64,000 nucleotides of DNA. Source: a virus. A program made the position numbers and the translations under genes. The stretch lies in IMG/VR virus record IMGVR_UViG_3300034061_002899. One strand, 5' to 3'. This document shows, one piece after another, positions 1-9,498 of this stretch (position 1 is the first letter of the stretch; every line of letters starts with the position of its first letter). The notes beneath the pieces are model-generated. The model saw only the letters and a program-made list of their open reading frames with translations. It was not told where the DNA came from and searched no databases.

Positions 1-2
1 GT

Positions 3-179
3 GGTAATACTTACTACACAGTAAGCAACAGACTTCAACCACCTACAATTGCTGATAGTACCGTCGTAGTTGACCTGAACGGCTCTAACTTTATGGATAT
101 TACAGTAACAATTAACTCAGGCGCAGCCAACAGTTGGGTTACATATGATGCTACCGAATTCGGTATCGCAGTAGATTAA
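3..179 (+). CDS. 3' end of a virion structural protein (partial, runs off the window start)
   Basis: Frame 3 is open from the window edge (GNTYYTVSNRLQPP...EFGIAVD) to TAA at 177-179; followed by AAGGA SD of the next gene. Confidence 0.7.
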   Translation, partial: GNTYYTVSNRLQPPTIADSTVVVDLNGSNFMDITVTINSGAANSWVTYDATEFGIAVD

Positions 180-199
180 TAAGAATAAGGAAAAATAAA

Positions 200-3100
200 A
201 TGGCAGCAAATTTACAACCAATATCGTCGGACGGTGGATTTACATCTGGCGGAAATATCAACTCATCCGGTGATCCAAGTTCGGCACCAAGTCTAAATGA
301 TTTCTTCAGTATAACTTCTGCGGCTAACTTTGCTATTGTAACTGACAATGCTAACACTGACCAAACTTGGACATTTGGCACAGATGGTAGTTTAACATTA
401 CCTATTGGTATATCTATTGATAATAGCGTAGACCCTCTGTATCCCAAGATCATTGCAGACAGTAACTTGCTATTCAGTGTTCAAGGGCAAGGTGCTAATG
501 GTTCCGCGGCATTGGCTTGGACTGTGGATCCTGATGCGGCATCTCAGTATGCGGCTGTCGCTGTTACCCGAGCCGGTGGAGACGATCTTGCCAAGGTGAT
601 ATTAACCGCACAAGCCAATTCAGGTGATAGTGCGAATGCAAAGACTTGGACATTTAATGAAGCCGGTAACTTAACATTACCAGGTAATACATTTGCGGTT
701 AACTATGCTAATGGTACACAAGTATCAATTGGAGGCGGTGGCAACACAGGCAATGTGACATTCAGTGATATCAATATCATCGGTGACGGTAACTTAAAGT
801 TACAACCTGATTCTGCTAACGCTGATGCTTATTTGGATATCTTTCTAACCGCAGGTCCAGACATTCACATTGCCGGCAATGGTGAAACTGTTATTCTCGG
901 GACTGATGACTTTGCTAATGTTGCTGTCAATGTTGATGGTAATGTGTCTATACAAGCCGGTGATGCCAATGGCACACATACTTGGAACTTTGATACTGCT
1001 GGTAACTTGACCTTGCCATTAGGCAGTATTGTTTATGAAACCAACATTCCAGACCAATCACTTAGTGGTAGTGCTATTGCTTTAAAACCAATAGGTGGAA
1101 CTACTGCCAATCAACAGTTATTAATATATCCAACTGCGAATGACGGTGACCATATACATATGACAAGTGGAAACTTGTATACAACCGAGTTGTTCTTAGG
1201 TAGTGATAACTTGTATGTTAAGTTAGCAAATACAGGTAATGTTGTTATCAACAGTAATGATGGTAATAGTAGTAATGCTATGTGGACATTTGACACAGAT
1301 GGTAACCTAACACTACCAGGTAATACTTTTGCAGTTAACTACGCTAACGGTACTCAAGTATCAATTGGTGGCGGTGGTGCTAATACAGGTAATGTGACAT
1401 TTAGCGACCAAATTGTAATAGGCACTGGCAGCAATGATGGCACTGACGGATTGTATTTGGCTCCTGGAAATAATAGTATTGCTAATAGTGCATTACAATA
1501 CCTGAGAGTGCGCGGTGGTGATGTTGTCACACACATTCACCTTGACACAGGCAACAATCAATTTTATGACCAATACTTTGGTGATGATGCCAAATATGTA
1601 AAACTTGAATTAGGTGATGCAGGCAATGTCGTAATCGGTACTGATGATGCTAATGGTAATCAGTACAATTGGTCATTTACTAGTGACGGTAATTTAATAT
1701 TAGCAGGTGGCAACAGTGTGATTCAAAGTATCGCTAACAGTTCATCGGAGCCATTATATCCAAATGTCAGCACAATGGTCTTTACACCTGATGCTCTCCT
1801 TAGTTCACAGTCACTAGTACTTGACCCAACTGGTCCAAGTCATATTCACTTACGAGCACCAGGTGCAAATATTGACGAACCAGATGCTAATATATTCTTA
1901 GGCGGTGAAACATCGAGTTTTGAAGTAGGTTACTATAACGGTGCCGCTCCTAACTTATTCGTTCACAGCGGCGGTAACACTTGGACATTTGATACTACTG
2001 GTATTCTAGTATTCCCGCGTGATACTGGTCCTAATACGACTGATCCTATCTTAACTATTACAGGTGGTGCAAGTCCAAAAATCTTGTCAGAAGATGTTAG
2101 TTTAGCAGGTCCTGCTAATCTTGAGATTGCGGCTCTTAATACTATATTCACCGGCTCTAGCGGTAGCGCAATCAAGATTTATCCTGATGATGGTGAAGTT
2201 GCGTCTGATGGTAATCTTCAGATTTGGGCTAACTCTGGCGGCAATACTGAATACAGTTGGACATTTGATACTACTGGTAACTTAACTACACCTAGTAACT
2301 TAGTGATTGGCCCAGGTACCGGTAGTGGTTCAAGTATATTTCAATATAATGAGGGTCTACAAATTCTAGGAGAAGGTGCTAACTCCGTTGTACAGCTGGG
2401 TTGGACAGCAAATACAAGCGCACCCGATAGTGTTACAACAATAGCAATGAATTACCCAGGTGGTGGCGAAGGAAATGTATTGATTGCTGTAGGTAATAAC
2501 GCAACTACAGTAAACTACTGGCTCTTTGACAATACCGGTAATTTAAGATTACCAGGTAATACTTTCGCAGTTAACTACGCTAACGGCACACAAGTACCAG
2601 TAGGAGTCACTCAAGATATCAGTTCTAACGGTGCTATGAGTATAATGCTCTATGATGGTAACATAAAGTATAATAACTATGCTACGGTTGAACCAAGTAC
2701 TGGTAACATCGCTGGCGGCAACATCTCAACTACTGGTGTTGTAACTGCTAATACAGCAAACATTACAACTGGTAACATCACTACTATTAATAGCGGTCTA
2801 TTGCGTAATGGTAACTCAAACATCACTATTACTAGTAACGGCAATGTTTCAATTCAAGCAGCCGGTAGCAACGTTGAATTAGTAGTTACAAGCACTGGTG
2901 CTAATGTTACTGGTACACTAACATCAACTGGTAAGATTGGTTATGCATCAGGTTCTACTGTTACTCAAACTTCTAATAGAGGCAACGGGGTGAATATCAA
3001 CGCATTAGCAGGTACTATTGTTACTGTAAGTGCTAGTATGACAGCCGGTGAAATAGGTGTATTCTCGGTAACAAACAATCAAGTTGATACTAACAATGAT

Positions 3101-3271
3101 ATTGTATTAGTACAAGTGGTTAGTCCGAATTTAGGAAATTATAATGTTATTGCTAACCCTAATTCAGGTATAGGTGGTTTCTATTTGACTTTACAAAACA
3201 TCAGTGGTTTCCCGATAAGTGCAGAAGCAGTTACTATTAGATTTATGGTTATCAAGGCACCTAATGCTTAA
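200..3271 (+). CDS. Tail fibre-like structural protein with repeated WTFDxxGNLxLP motifs
   Basis: 1023 aa, G/N/T/S-rich; about 7 W(T/N/S/L)FxxxGxL motifs, LPGNTFAVNYANGTQV three times; AAGGA SD. Confidence 0.7.
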   Translation: MAANLQPISSDGGFTSGGNINSSGDPSSAPSLNDFFSITSAANFAIVTDNANTDQTWTFGTDGSLTLPIGISIDNSVDPLYPKIIADSNLLFSVQGQGANGSAALAWTVDPDAASQYAAVAVTRAGGDDLAKVILTAQANSGDSANAKTWTFNEAGNLTLPGNTFAVNYANGTQVSIGGGGNTGNVTFSDINIIGDGNLKLQPDSANADAYLDIFLTAGPDIHIAGNGETVILGTDDFANVAVNVDGNVSIQAGDANGTHTWNFDTAGNLTLPLGSIVYETNIPDQSLSGSAIALKPIGGTTANQQLLIYPTANDGDHIHMTSGNLYTTELFLGSDNLYVKLANTGNVVINSNDGNSSNAMWTFDTDGNLTLPGNTFAVNYANGTQVSIGGGGANTGNVTFSDQIVIGTGSNDGTDGLYLAPGNNSIANSALQYLRVRGGDVVTHIHLDTGNNQFYDQYFGDDAKYVKLELGDAGNVVIGTDDANGNQYNWSFTSDGNLILAGGNSVIQSIANSSSEPLYPNVSTMVFTPDALLSSQSLVLDPTGPSHIHLRAPGANIDEPDANIFLGGETSSFEVGYYNGAAPNLFVHSGGNTWTFDTTGILVFPRDTGPNTTDPILTITGGASPKILSEDVSLAGPANLEIAALNTIFTGSSGSAIKIYPDDGEVASDGNLQIWANSGGNTEYSWTFDTTGNLTTPSNLVIGPGTGSGSSIFQYNEGLQILGEGANSVVQLGWTANTSAPDSVTTIAMNYPGGGEGNVLIAVGNNATTVNYWLFDNTGNLRLPGNTFAVNYANGTQVPVGVTQDISSNGAMSIMLYDGNIKYNNYATVEPSTGNIAGGNISTTGVVTANTANITTGNITTINSGLLRNGNSNITITSNGNVSIQAAGSNVELVVTSTGANVTGTLTSTGKIGYASGSTVTQTSNRGNGVNINALAGTIVTVSASMTAGEIGVFSVTNNQVDTNNDIVLVQVVSPNLGNYNVIANPNSGIGGFYLTLQNISGFPISAEAVTIRFMVIKAPNA

Positions 3272-3302
3272 AGTAGCTTATAAATAAACAAAAGGATAAC
3301 AA

Positions 3303-4172
3303 ATGACAATAATAGTAGAGGGTGGAATAGATATAGGGCCTGGTATTACATTAGGCGGAACTCCTCCGCCCCCTCCTGCGCCGCAACAAGCATTTACAAC
3401 TCCAGGAACATTTAGTTGGACAGCACCAGCCGGTGTTACTAGTGTATGTGTTGTTTGCGTAGGTGGCGGAGCAGGTGCAAAAGGTACATTCCCTTCAACT
3501 GGTGGCGGTGGTGGCGGTGGACTTGGTTGGAAAAATAACATCACTGTTACACCGGGTCAGAGTTACACTGTAGTAGTTGGTGCCGGAGGCACCAACACAA
3601 GTACTGCAGGTGGTAATAGTTATTTTATTAATCTTACTACTGTTGCTGGCTATGGCGGTGTTAGTGCGGATCGTGGTGCTATTAATGGCACTAGAGCAAA
3701 CTTTGTAGGTGATGGTGGTGGTCGAGGCGGAGCCGGCGCCGGCAACGGTAACAATTTTGTTTCATGGGGTGGCGGTGGCGCCGGCGGATACTCAGGCAAC
3801 GGTGGTAACGGTGGTGGCGGACAAAGTAATAAAGGTAGTGACGGACCATCTGGGTCAGGGTATGCTGGATTCCCGCCAGAAACTGGTTCCGGTGGCGGGG
3901 GCGGTGGGGGTAATGAGAGACCGGGCGGTAGTGTTGGCATACTAGGACAAGGTAGTGACGGCACTGCACCTGGCAGAATATTTTTTTCAGGTAGCTGGGT
4001 TTATTTTGCAGGCACAGCCGGTTCAGGTGGTGGATCTAACGATGGTGACAACGGTGGTCTATATGGCGCCGGTGGTGCAGGTGTAAACGACTCACTGGGC
4101 GGCGGCGGTGCAGTAAGAATTATTTGGGGAGCAGGTCGTGCATTCCCTGCAACGAATACAGGTGATATTTAA
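3303..4172 (+). CDS. Glycine-rich virion/tail-associated protein
   Basis: FTTPGTFSWTAPAGVTSVCVVCVGGG...VTPGQSYTVVVGAGG...GGGAVRIIWG pattern typical of phage glycine-rich domains; TATAAATA and AAGGA upstream. Confidence 0.75.
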   Translation: MTIIVEGGIDIGPGITLGGTPPPPPAPQQAFTTPGTFSWTAPAGVTSVCVVCVGGGAGAKGTFPSTGGGGGGGLGWKNNITVTPGQSYTVVVGAGGTNTSTAGGNSYFINLTTVAGYGGVSADRGAINGTRANFVGDGGGRGGAGAGNGNNFVSWGGGGAGGYSGNGGNGGGGQSNKGSDGPSGSGYAGFPPETGSGGGGGGGNERPGGSVGILGQGSDGTAPGRIFFSGSWVYFAGTAGSGGGSNDGDNGGLYGAGGAGVNDSLGGGGAVRIIWGAGRAFPATNTGDI

Positions 4173-4195
4173 CAAGGACACTTGATGCAAACCAC

Positions 4196-4223
4196 AAAAA
4201 AGCCCCACTTAAGGGGCTTTTTT
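4196..4223. terminator. Bidirectional intrinsic terminator between convergent gene blocks
   Basis: AAAAAAGCCCC-ACTTAA-GGGGCTTTTTT, A/T tracts on both sides. Confidence 0.85.
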
Positions 4224-4434
4224 AATTCATCTTTTCTAGCATGTGATTAGTAAATTTACTTTCACACATTGCCGGAATCTCAACAAACGGATCTTCAAGA
4301 AAGAAGGGACAACCATTTTTCCACTTACCATTCTTCTTAAAGAATTTAAATTCTAGTAAATCTTTTTTATCTCCAGGATCAAACTCTCTACGTGGATTGA
4401 ATGAGCGACGGAATGTAGATAGATTCATGTTCAT
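4222..4434 (-). CDS. Hypothetical protein
   Basis: 70-aa ORF in the minus-strand block, W..GCPFFLE motif. Confidence 0.65.
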   Translation of the reverse strand: MNMNLSTFRRSFNPRREFDPGDKKDLLEFKFFKKNGKWKNGCPFFLEDPFVEIPAMCESKFTNHMLEKMN

Positions 4435-4437
4435 AAT

Positions 4438-4456
4438 TAAAAGGGGCCGAAGCCCC
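4438..4456 (-). terminator. Intrinsic terminator
   Basis: Minus strand GGGGC-TTCG-GCCCC-TTTT (UUCG tetraloop) just after the 4462 stop. Confidence 0.75.
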
Positions 4457-4461
4457 GTTGA

Positions 4462-4845
4462 TTACTCAGAGATAGCAGACAAAACTTGTTCTGCGGACAC
4501 TTCTTTGTTTTTCTTAGCACGTGCTTTGATAGCATCAATGCTTGGCTTTGTTTTTGTAGCTTTAACTTTAACTACGCCCTTGCTTGCTTCTTTTACTTTG
4601 TCAGCAAGTGTATCAGCAATAGTTGCCTGATCAGATGGGCTAGCGAACTCTGGCAATGTTGCCAAATGATTCAATGCTTCAACTTTAGTCATCTCGCTAG
4701 GCAACTCAACGAAATCGACACGTGATGCGCCACCTTTCGTAAATTGCTTGATACGACGGACCATATCATCAGTGAAACGAACTTTAGCGTTACCATTGTG
4801 AACAGTAATACCAGCGACTTTGAAAGTTTGATTAGAATTAGCCAT
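4462..4845 (-). CDS. Hypothetical protein with Lys/Ala-rich C-terminus (possible nucleic-acid binding)
   Basis: Start reassigned to ATG 4845 (MANSNQTFKV) behind AAAGGAAAC SD; own promoter and terminator. Confidence 0.7.
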   Translation of the reverse strand: MANSNQTFKVAGITVHNGNAKVRFTDDMVRRIKQFTKGGASRVDFVELPSEMTKVEALNHLATLPEFASPSDQATIADTLADKVKEASKGVVKVKATKTKPSIDAIKARAKKNKEVSAEQVLSAISE

Positions 4846-4909
4846 TGTGTTTCCTTTAAATAAAAAGCTAAGTTTAAAAAATGTACTGATATCACTCAGC
4901 ACTGTTATA

Positions 4910-4938
4910 ATGATAACACAAAAGGGTTTTATTGTCAA
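4910..4938 (-). promoter_or_regulatory. Sigma70-type early promoter
   Basis: TTGACA-17 bp-TATCAT. Confidence 0.65.
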
Positions 4939-4961
4939 CCATTGTGTTACCCATTATTCGA

Positions 4962-5117
4962 TTAAGCCGGGTTAGCTGATTCACTAATCAGCAACCGACC
5001 GTACATTGATTTTGCCATTTGAATGGCCTGAAAAGGATTGTCGGCATTGATATACATACGACCGAAACCTGCACCCGGTTCATCTTTATATTTTACCATT
5101 ACCCAATATTGATTCAT
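4962..5117 (-). CDS. Small hypothetical protein (51 aa, not in ORF track)
   Basis: MNQYWVMVKYKDEPGAGFGRVYINADNPFQAIQMAKSMYGRLLISESANPA; AAGG upstream; similar pattern to 19437-19586. Confidence 0.65.
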   Translation of the reverse strand: MNQYWVMVKYKDEPGAGFGRMYINADNPFQAIQMAKSMYGRLLISESANPA

Positions 5118-5118
5118 A

Positions 5119-5325
5119 TTATACCTTTAAAGAAAATTTTGCAAGAATTGATTTTGCTTGATCTAAATCTTTTACCATTTCAGCATCAGCTTTTTCATGG
5201 ACCTGTTCGAACAAACCATTTACATATTCTGAATATTCATCACTAATTGTCTCCAACCAAATATCAAATTGATATTCGTTTAATGACATAATGAAATTAA
5301 AGATTTTGCGGTCTTGTTTTGTCAT
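5119..5325 (-). CDS. Hypothetical protein
   Basis: Likely start ATG 5325 (MTKQDRK), packed between neighbours. Confidence 0.6.
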   Translation of the reverse strand: MTKQDRKIFNFIMSLNEYQFDIWLETISDEYSEYVNGLFEQVHEKADAEMVKDLDQAKSILAKFSLKV

Positions 5326-5329
5326 AATA

Positions 5330-5767
5330 TTAAACTGTAACAGTTTCCCATGAACCTTCAACTTGATAGGGTTTGTCCCACTTACCAATGTTAACGTCAA
5401 CATAGTAGGCAGTGTTGAAGTAATCTGTCATTGCATCCGATTCGTCATACCAGTCGGCCGACTTCAATGCTTTGAATGCTTCAGTTAAGAAAGCCTTAGC
5501 CTTACCATCATAATGATCCTGAAACCAATATGGGTTAACTTGATCGTAGCCATTAGTATTGGGTTTGAAACCACGAGCCACTTGATAGTGGTCATTGCCG
5601 CAAACTTTGTTGCTATTTCCAATAAAGTCAATAACACCTGATTTGAGGGTCAATACAATGCTAGAATGATTACGGACACTCAAGGTACCTTTGACTTTGT
5701 ACTTAGCCAAGATGGGCTTAAGTGCTTTAGAAATTTTCTGTTTGCGTTCTTGATTCATGTAAGCCAT
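5330..5767 (-). CDS. Hypothetical early phage protein
   Basis: 145 aa with AAGGA SD and perfect promoter upstream; SDAMTDYF..AYY motif. Confidence 0.8.
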   Translation of the reverse strand: MAYMNQERKQKISKALKPILAKYKVKGTLSVRNHSSIVLTLKSGVIDFIGNSNKVCGNDHYQVARGFKPNTNGYDQVNPYWFQDHYDGKAKAFLTEAFKALKSADWYDESDAMTDYFNTAYYVDVNIGKWDKPYQVEGSWETVTV

Positions 5768-5800
5768 TTGTTAGTCCTTTATTTAACTGTCTAAGATTCT

Positions 5801-5829
5801 ATTATATACCCAAACCGATTTATTGTCAA
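5801..5829 (-). promoter_or_regulatory. Sigma70-type early promoter
   Basis: TTGACA-ataaatcggtttgggta-TATAAT, perfect consensus. Confidence 0.85.
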
Positions 5830-5835
5830 CCTTTT

Positions 5836-6009
5836 TTAGGAATTAATTGTCTCAAAAGGACTCAATTCCTCAGTCTGGCCCTCAAGGCTTGCTAGTACAT
5901 CGTAAACAATAACGACCGGTATATCAAGTACCGCGGCGATTGTTGCTGGATGTGTGCCTTTTTCAATCATTTCCTCGATATCCATATATAAGTTTGCCAT
6001 CTTACTCAT
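5836..6009 (-). CDS. Small hypothetical protein, possible HTH (57 aa, not in ORF track)
   Basis: MSKMANLYMDIEEMIEKGTHPATIAAVLDIPVVIVYDVL...; start overlaps the stop of 6009-6284 (TAATG). Confidence 0.65.
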   Translation of the reverse strand: MSKMANLYMDIEEMIEKGTHPATIAAVLDIPVVIVYDVLASLEGQTEELSPFETINS

Positions 6010-6284
6010 TACAATACCTCCAACATGCTAGCGGGAACTCTCCAACTACGGAACTGACCCGGTTGATCTACAATAATAAATTTACGATTGATTTTCTTTA
6101 CAACACCGGAGATTGTACCGCGGGTTGAACTAGTGAATCTAACATTGGATCCGATTGTCAATGCCGATTTGTTTCGTACCACTAGTTGGGCACGGGCAAA
6201 ACGAATTGCATCTCCAATGCTATTCAATTCTTCATTAGTAAAATCACCCTGCATGATAGCAGTATTAATTTGCTTGATGTTCAT
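6009..6284 (-). CDS. Hypothetical protein (SH3-like C-terminus)
   Basis: 91 aa, AAGGAG SD; G..V.F...G.V.KINRK...W.VPA..L pattern. Confidence 0.75.
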   Translation of the reverse strand: MNIKQINTAIMQGDFTNEELNSIGDAIRFARAQLVVRNKSALTIGSNVRFTSSTRGTISGVVKKINRKFIIVDQPGQFRSWRVPASMLEVL

Positions 6285-6313
6285 TTGAACTCCTTTTGAC
6301 TGAATAAGACTCT

Positions 6314-6342
6314 ATTATAGACCCAAAACCATTTAATGTCAA
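6314..6342 (-). promoter_or_regulatory. Sigma70-type early promoter
   Basis: TTGACA-17 bp-TATAAT. Confidence 0.85.
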
Positions 6343-6593
6343 CCTTTTTCTTTGATGTTTTTCAAAGAATTGTTCAAATCATTAAGGTGCTTGCGATATC
6401 GGATACGGCCTAGATTGATTGAGTACATTAAATATGCCAAACCACCTAACACAATAGAAATTCCAATATGTGGAATATATTGAATTATTGACTCTGGGAT
6501 GTTATGTAACAAATAAATTACTGCGGATCCGGCGATTGCGGTAAGTGCAAATTCTTTTGCGGTTTGTGCGATAGCTTCAGTTTTTTCTGACAT
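6339..6593 (-). CDS. Small membrane protein
   Basis: Two hydrophobic segments; AAAGGA SD. Confidence 0.7.
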   Translation of the reverse strand: MSEKTEAIAQTAKEFALTAIAGSAVIYLLHNIPESIIQYIPHIGISIVLGGLAYLMYSINLGRIRYRKHLNDLNNSLKNIKEKG

Positions 6594-6625
6594 ATTGATT
6601 TTCCTTTCTAAGTTTCAATATAAGT

Positions 6626-6654
6626 ATTGTAACACCAAAACGATTTATTGTCAA
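6626..6654 (-). promoter_or_regulatory. Sigma70-type early promoter
   Basis: TTGACA-ataaatcgttttggtgt-TACAAT. Confidence 0.75.
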
Positions 6655-6809
6655 ATTTCGGTGCGGTTGGGATGCTTGGGTTTGCGGGTGTACTTGCCCT
6701 TTTCAGATTGTACAACCTTAGGTTTGAATGGAGTGTTGCTACAAAACAACACTTTGTGTGCCCGATGTTTGGGCTCTTTAACGGTGAATGATAGTAGTTC
6801 TTTTTTCAT
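6651..6809 (-). CDS. ArfA-like basic peptide (alternative ribosome-rescue factor A-like), 52 aa, not in ORF track
   Basis: MKKELLSFTVKEPKHRAHKVLFCSNTPFKPKVVQSEKGKYTRKPKHPNRTEI; PF.P.V...KG.Y.RK.KH resembles the ArfA core. Confidence 0.55.
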   Translation of the reverse strand: MKKELLSFTVKEPKHRAHKVLFCSNTPFKPKVVQSEKGKYTRKPKHPNRTEI

Positions 6810-6818
6810 AATACAAGT

Positions 6819-6847
6819 ATTATAACAGAACCCGTATTTATTGTCAA
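6819..6847 (-). promoter_or_regulatory. Sigma70-type early promoter
   Basis: TTGACA-ataaatacgggttctgt-TATAAT just before the ATG at 6809. Confidence 0.8.
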
Positions 6848-8169
6848 ACCATTTTTTTCAGTTCTTCATTCACGGATTCAATAACTCTATCCCATGTTCC
6901 ATCTGTCTGACGGAATAGCCTCATGCAAGTGTAGAATGGAGTATCGTTTCTATTTGTAAACCAACGCCAATCACACGCATAGTCTGATAGCAATGTCCAA
7001 GTAGGCACTCCGATACTGGCAGATAAATGTACAGTGGCTGTATCAATACTGATAACTAAATCTAAATTCTTCATCAAGCCAGCAACACTATAGAAGTCAC
7101 CCAACTCATTTCCATAAACAATAACACCATTGTCTTGTAATAGTTTTGTTTGTTCCGGACTAGCATCAAACTCTAAACTAATCAGTTCAACATCATCACT
7201 TTTAATTTTTAGCAATGTTGGTAAATCAATGTTTTTAAAACGATTGATGAAGTTAGCACGATTACTGTTCCAAACAATACCAATACGTTTCTTAGTTGTC
7301 GGTCCTAGTCTGTTTTTCCAGTATTCAACAATATCATCACCTATACTATAGTTTACAGGGGGTATTGTGTCTATTGTAGTGTTGAAACATTTAGGCAACT
7401 CCATTAATGGAACATGATAATGATACGTTAATTCTTGTTGGTTGTGAATCTTAACGTTAGGATAGTTATACGCAAAGAATCGTTCTAATGGTGGTCGGCA
7501 CAATAACGTGATGTGTGCACCTTTATCTATTAATAGATTTAGGTATCTACCAAATTGAACACAATCACCTAACCCTTGTTCAACATAAACAAACACAATT
7601 TTATTTTTTATATCTTGTGTGCCGTTATATTCTTCACCGTCAAGTATAGGTTTGAAAGAATTATCACTTTCATAGAACCAACGTGCATCATAGTATTCCC
7701 AGCCCTTAGTAAAGTCACCATTCATTAAGTGTGCAATGCAAAGGTTTAACCTAGCAGTCATGTCATTGGGATTAAGTTTAGTTGCTAATTCTAAAAAATG
7801 TATTGCGATATCAGGTCTGCCAAATTCTCTCAATGTGTTAGCGTAATTACTATAAGCCTCACTATGGTCTATATTTAATAGAAATACATTAGCAAATGCA
7901 ACTAATGCTTCTTTATATTTACCGAGTAAACGTAATATGCTACCATATGCTAACCAACTTTCAGCATAGCCATTGTTCATTGGCAGTTGTAGTATAGGTA
8001 TGGCTTCTTTCAGTCTATCAAGTTTAATTAATGATAAACCTTTATTATGACATACTATATAATTTTCAGGATGTACAGCTAGAATAGAATCATAATGAAT
8101 GATTGCTTGTTCATATTGTTTGTTAATATAGCATTGATTGCCTGAGTCTAGTTCAGTTTGCAGGTCCAT
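6844..8169 (-). CDS. TPR-repeat protein with C-terminal glycosyltransferase family 9-like domain
   Basis: N-terminal TPRs, EQGLGDCVQF, DLVISIDTATVHL, DWRW motifs. Confidence 0.85.
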   Translation of the reverse strand: MDLQTELDSGNQCYINKQYEQAIIHYDSILAVHPENYIVCHNKGLSLIKLDRLKEAIPILQLPMNNGYAESWLAYGSILRLLGKYKEALVAFANVFLLNIDHSEAYSNYANTLREFGRPDIAIHFLELATKLNPNDMTARLNLCIAHLMNGDFTKGWEYYDARWFYESDNSFKPILDGEEYNGTQDIKNKIVFVYVEQGLGDCVQFGRYLNLLIDKGAHITLLCRPPLERFFAYNYPNVKIHNQQELTYHYHVPLMELPKCFNTTIDTIPPVNYSIGDDIVEYWKNRLGPTTKKRIGIVWNSNRANFINRFKNIDLPTLLKIKSDDVELISLEFDASPEQTKLLQDNGVIVYGNELGDFYSVAGLMKNLDLVISIDTATVHLSASIGVPTWTLLSDYACDWRWFTNRNDTPFYTCMRLFRQTDGTWDRVIESVNEELKKMV

Positions 8170-8512
8170 GTTCAGTATCTTTGTCAGTATTTAATACACC
8201 AAATACAATGAACACAATAAAATTAATATAAGGTACTAAAAAACTAAGAGTGAACCATGGGCTAATACCTGCATCTCTACAACGTCTAATTGCAGTAGCA
8301 AGCATTGTCCATGTAAGTGTAAGTGAGGTAACTATCATTATAATAGAACCAATTATGATTCCCAGCATGCCGGTAAGTGTTAATATAAAAAATAATAATG
8401 TCACAATAGCAAGAATAAGCCAGGTAGATAAGTATACTCCCCAATATTCGCTACGGGTGGCACGACCTTCAGTCGTAATATATTGTTTATAATGTTGTAA
8501 TGTTTTCATCAT
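8153..8512 (-). CDS. DUF805 (YhaH-like) membrane protein
   Basis: GRATRSEYW and RRCRDAG.SPW motifs, three TM segments. Confidence 0.85.
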   Translation of the reverse strand: MMKTLQHYKQYITTEGRATRSEYWGVYLSTWLILAIVTLLFFILTLTGMLGIIIGSIIMIVTSLTLTWTMLATAIRRCRDAGISPWFTLSFLVPYINFIVFIVFGVLNTDKDTEHGPAN

Positions 8513-8831
8513 ATTCCTTTGTTATGTCGCCCAATGATGTTGAGATATGCTTGATACTTTTGATGGTAAAACTTCTCCATTCGTTTTTTTCTAAATCAAA
8601 AACACGCATTGATGTGGTGCTTTCTTTTCTAGGTTTTTTATCTTCGGTAACTATTTTAGGTTCTACTTTAGGTAATAGTTCTGGATCCAATGTGCATTTC
8701 ATCACACGTTCAGTCCCATCTTTTTTAGTAAATGTAATTGTGACAGGATTGATTTTTAACACGCCATTTAACCATTCGATTAATTTGTCCCAGTCTTTGT
8801 CTGTGTCTGTCCATTCAGTAGAAATGTTCAT
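8487..8831 (-). CDS. SH3/Sm-like beta-barrel protein (WYL_2-like)
   Basis: TFTKKDGTERVMKCTL...VFDLEKNEWRSF motif common in T4-like phages. Confidence 0.8.
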   Translation of the reverse strand: MNISTEWTDTDKDWDKLIEWLNGVLKINPVTITFTKKDGTERVMKCTLDPELLPKVEPKIVTEDKKPRKESTTSMRVFDLEKNEWRSFTIKSIKHISTSLGDITKEYDENITTL

Positions 8832-9115
8832 GCTATCATCCTTATTAATCCGATTGAATCGATTGTGGTAAGCAAGATATAATTAGCCAGCATACCAAAG
8901 GAACGCCTACTATAAGCGCACCAAGCATATATAGCACAACCTGCAATCCATGCGGGGTACAATGCAAGAAGGGGAGGGTTAGGCACGGTGACGGCCATAA
9001 TGATACTACAACCAATAGATATAGCCCAAGCAAGGACCTCAAGATAAAAACGTACTGGATGAGTTTTGTAGTCATCTTTGATCCAAGCGAAAATTCCATA
9101 AAAAATATTGTTCAT
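8828..9115 (-). CDS. Membrane protein
   Basis: Three hydrophobic segments, overlap-coupled with the next gene. Confidence 0.7.
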   Translation of the reverse strand: MNNIFYGIFAWIKDDYKTHPVRFYLEVLAWAISIGCSIIMAVTVPNPPLLALYPAWIAGCAIYAWCAYSRRSFGMLANYILLTTIDSIGLIRMIA

Positions 9116-9158
9116 AATATATGATACACTATGAACGATAGAATATCAACTGGTTTGG

Positions 9159-9470
9159 TTACTGACAAGTACGCTCTCTATAGATAATACCATCAGCGTT
9201 CATAATTTCTTTCCATTCTGTACAGACAGTTTGACGATGTACATAAACAGGGGGTTGTTGAAGAACAACTGTTTCTTGTCGACGGTTGTTTGCAATTGCG
9301 GCTCCTACGACACCGCCAATAATCAAAGGTGCCACCCAGTTACCGTTTCCACCACCGTGAATATATCCATGGTGTCTGTAATGGTTATGCCAATGATGAT
9401 GGTGCCAATGTTGTGCCATTGCTGTACCAGACAATACAAAAAGTGATAATCCTACTAGAATTTTTTTCAT
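9159..9470 (-). CDS. Secreted His-rich protein
   Basis: Signal peptide (..TAMA), poly-His, glycine-zipper W.APLIIGGVVGAAI; AGGAG SD. Confidence 0.75.
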   Translation of the reverse strand: MKKILVGLSLFVLSGTAMAQHWHHHHWHNHYRHHGYIHGGGNGNWVAPLIIGGVVGAAIANNRRQETVVLQQPPVYVHRQTVCTEWKEIMNADGIIYRERTCQ

Positions 9471-9498
9471 AGTATTTCTCCTATACTAATATAACGTT

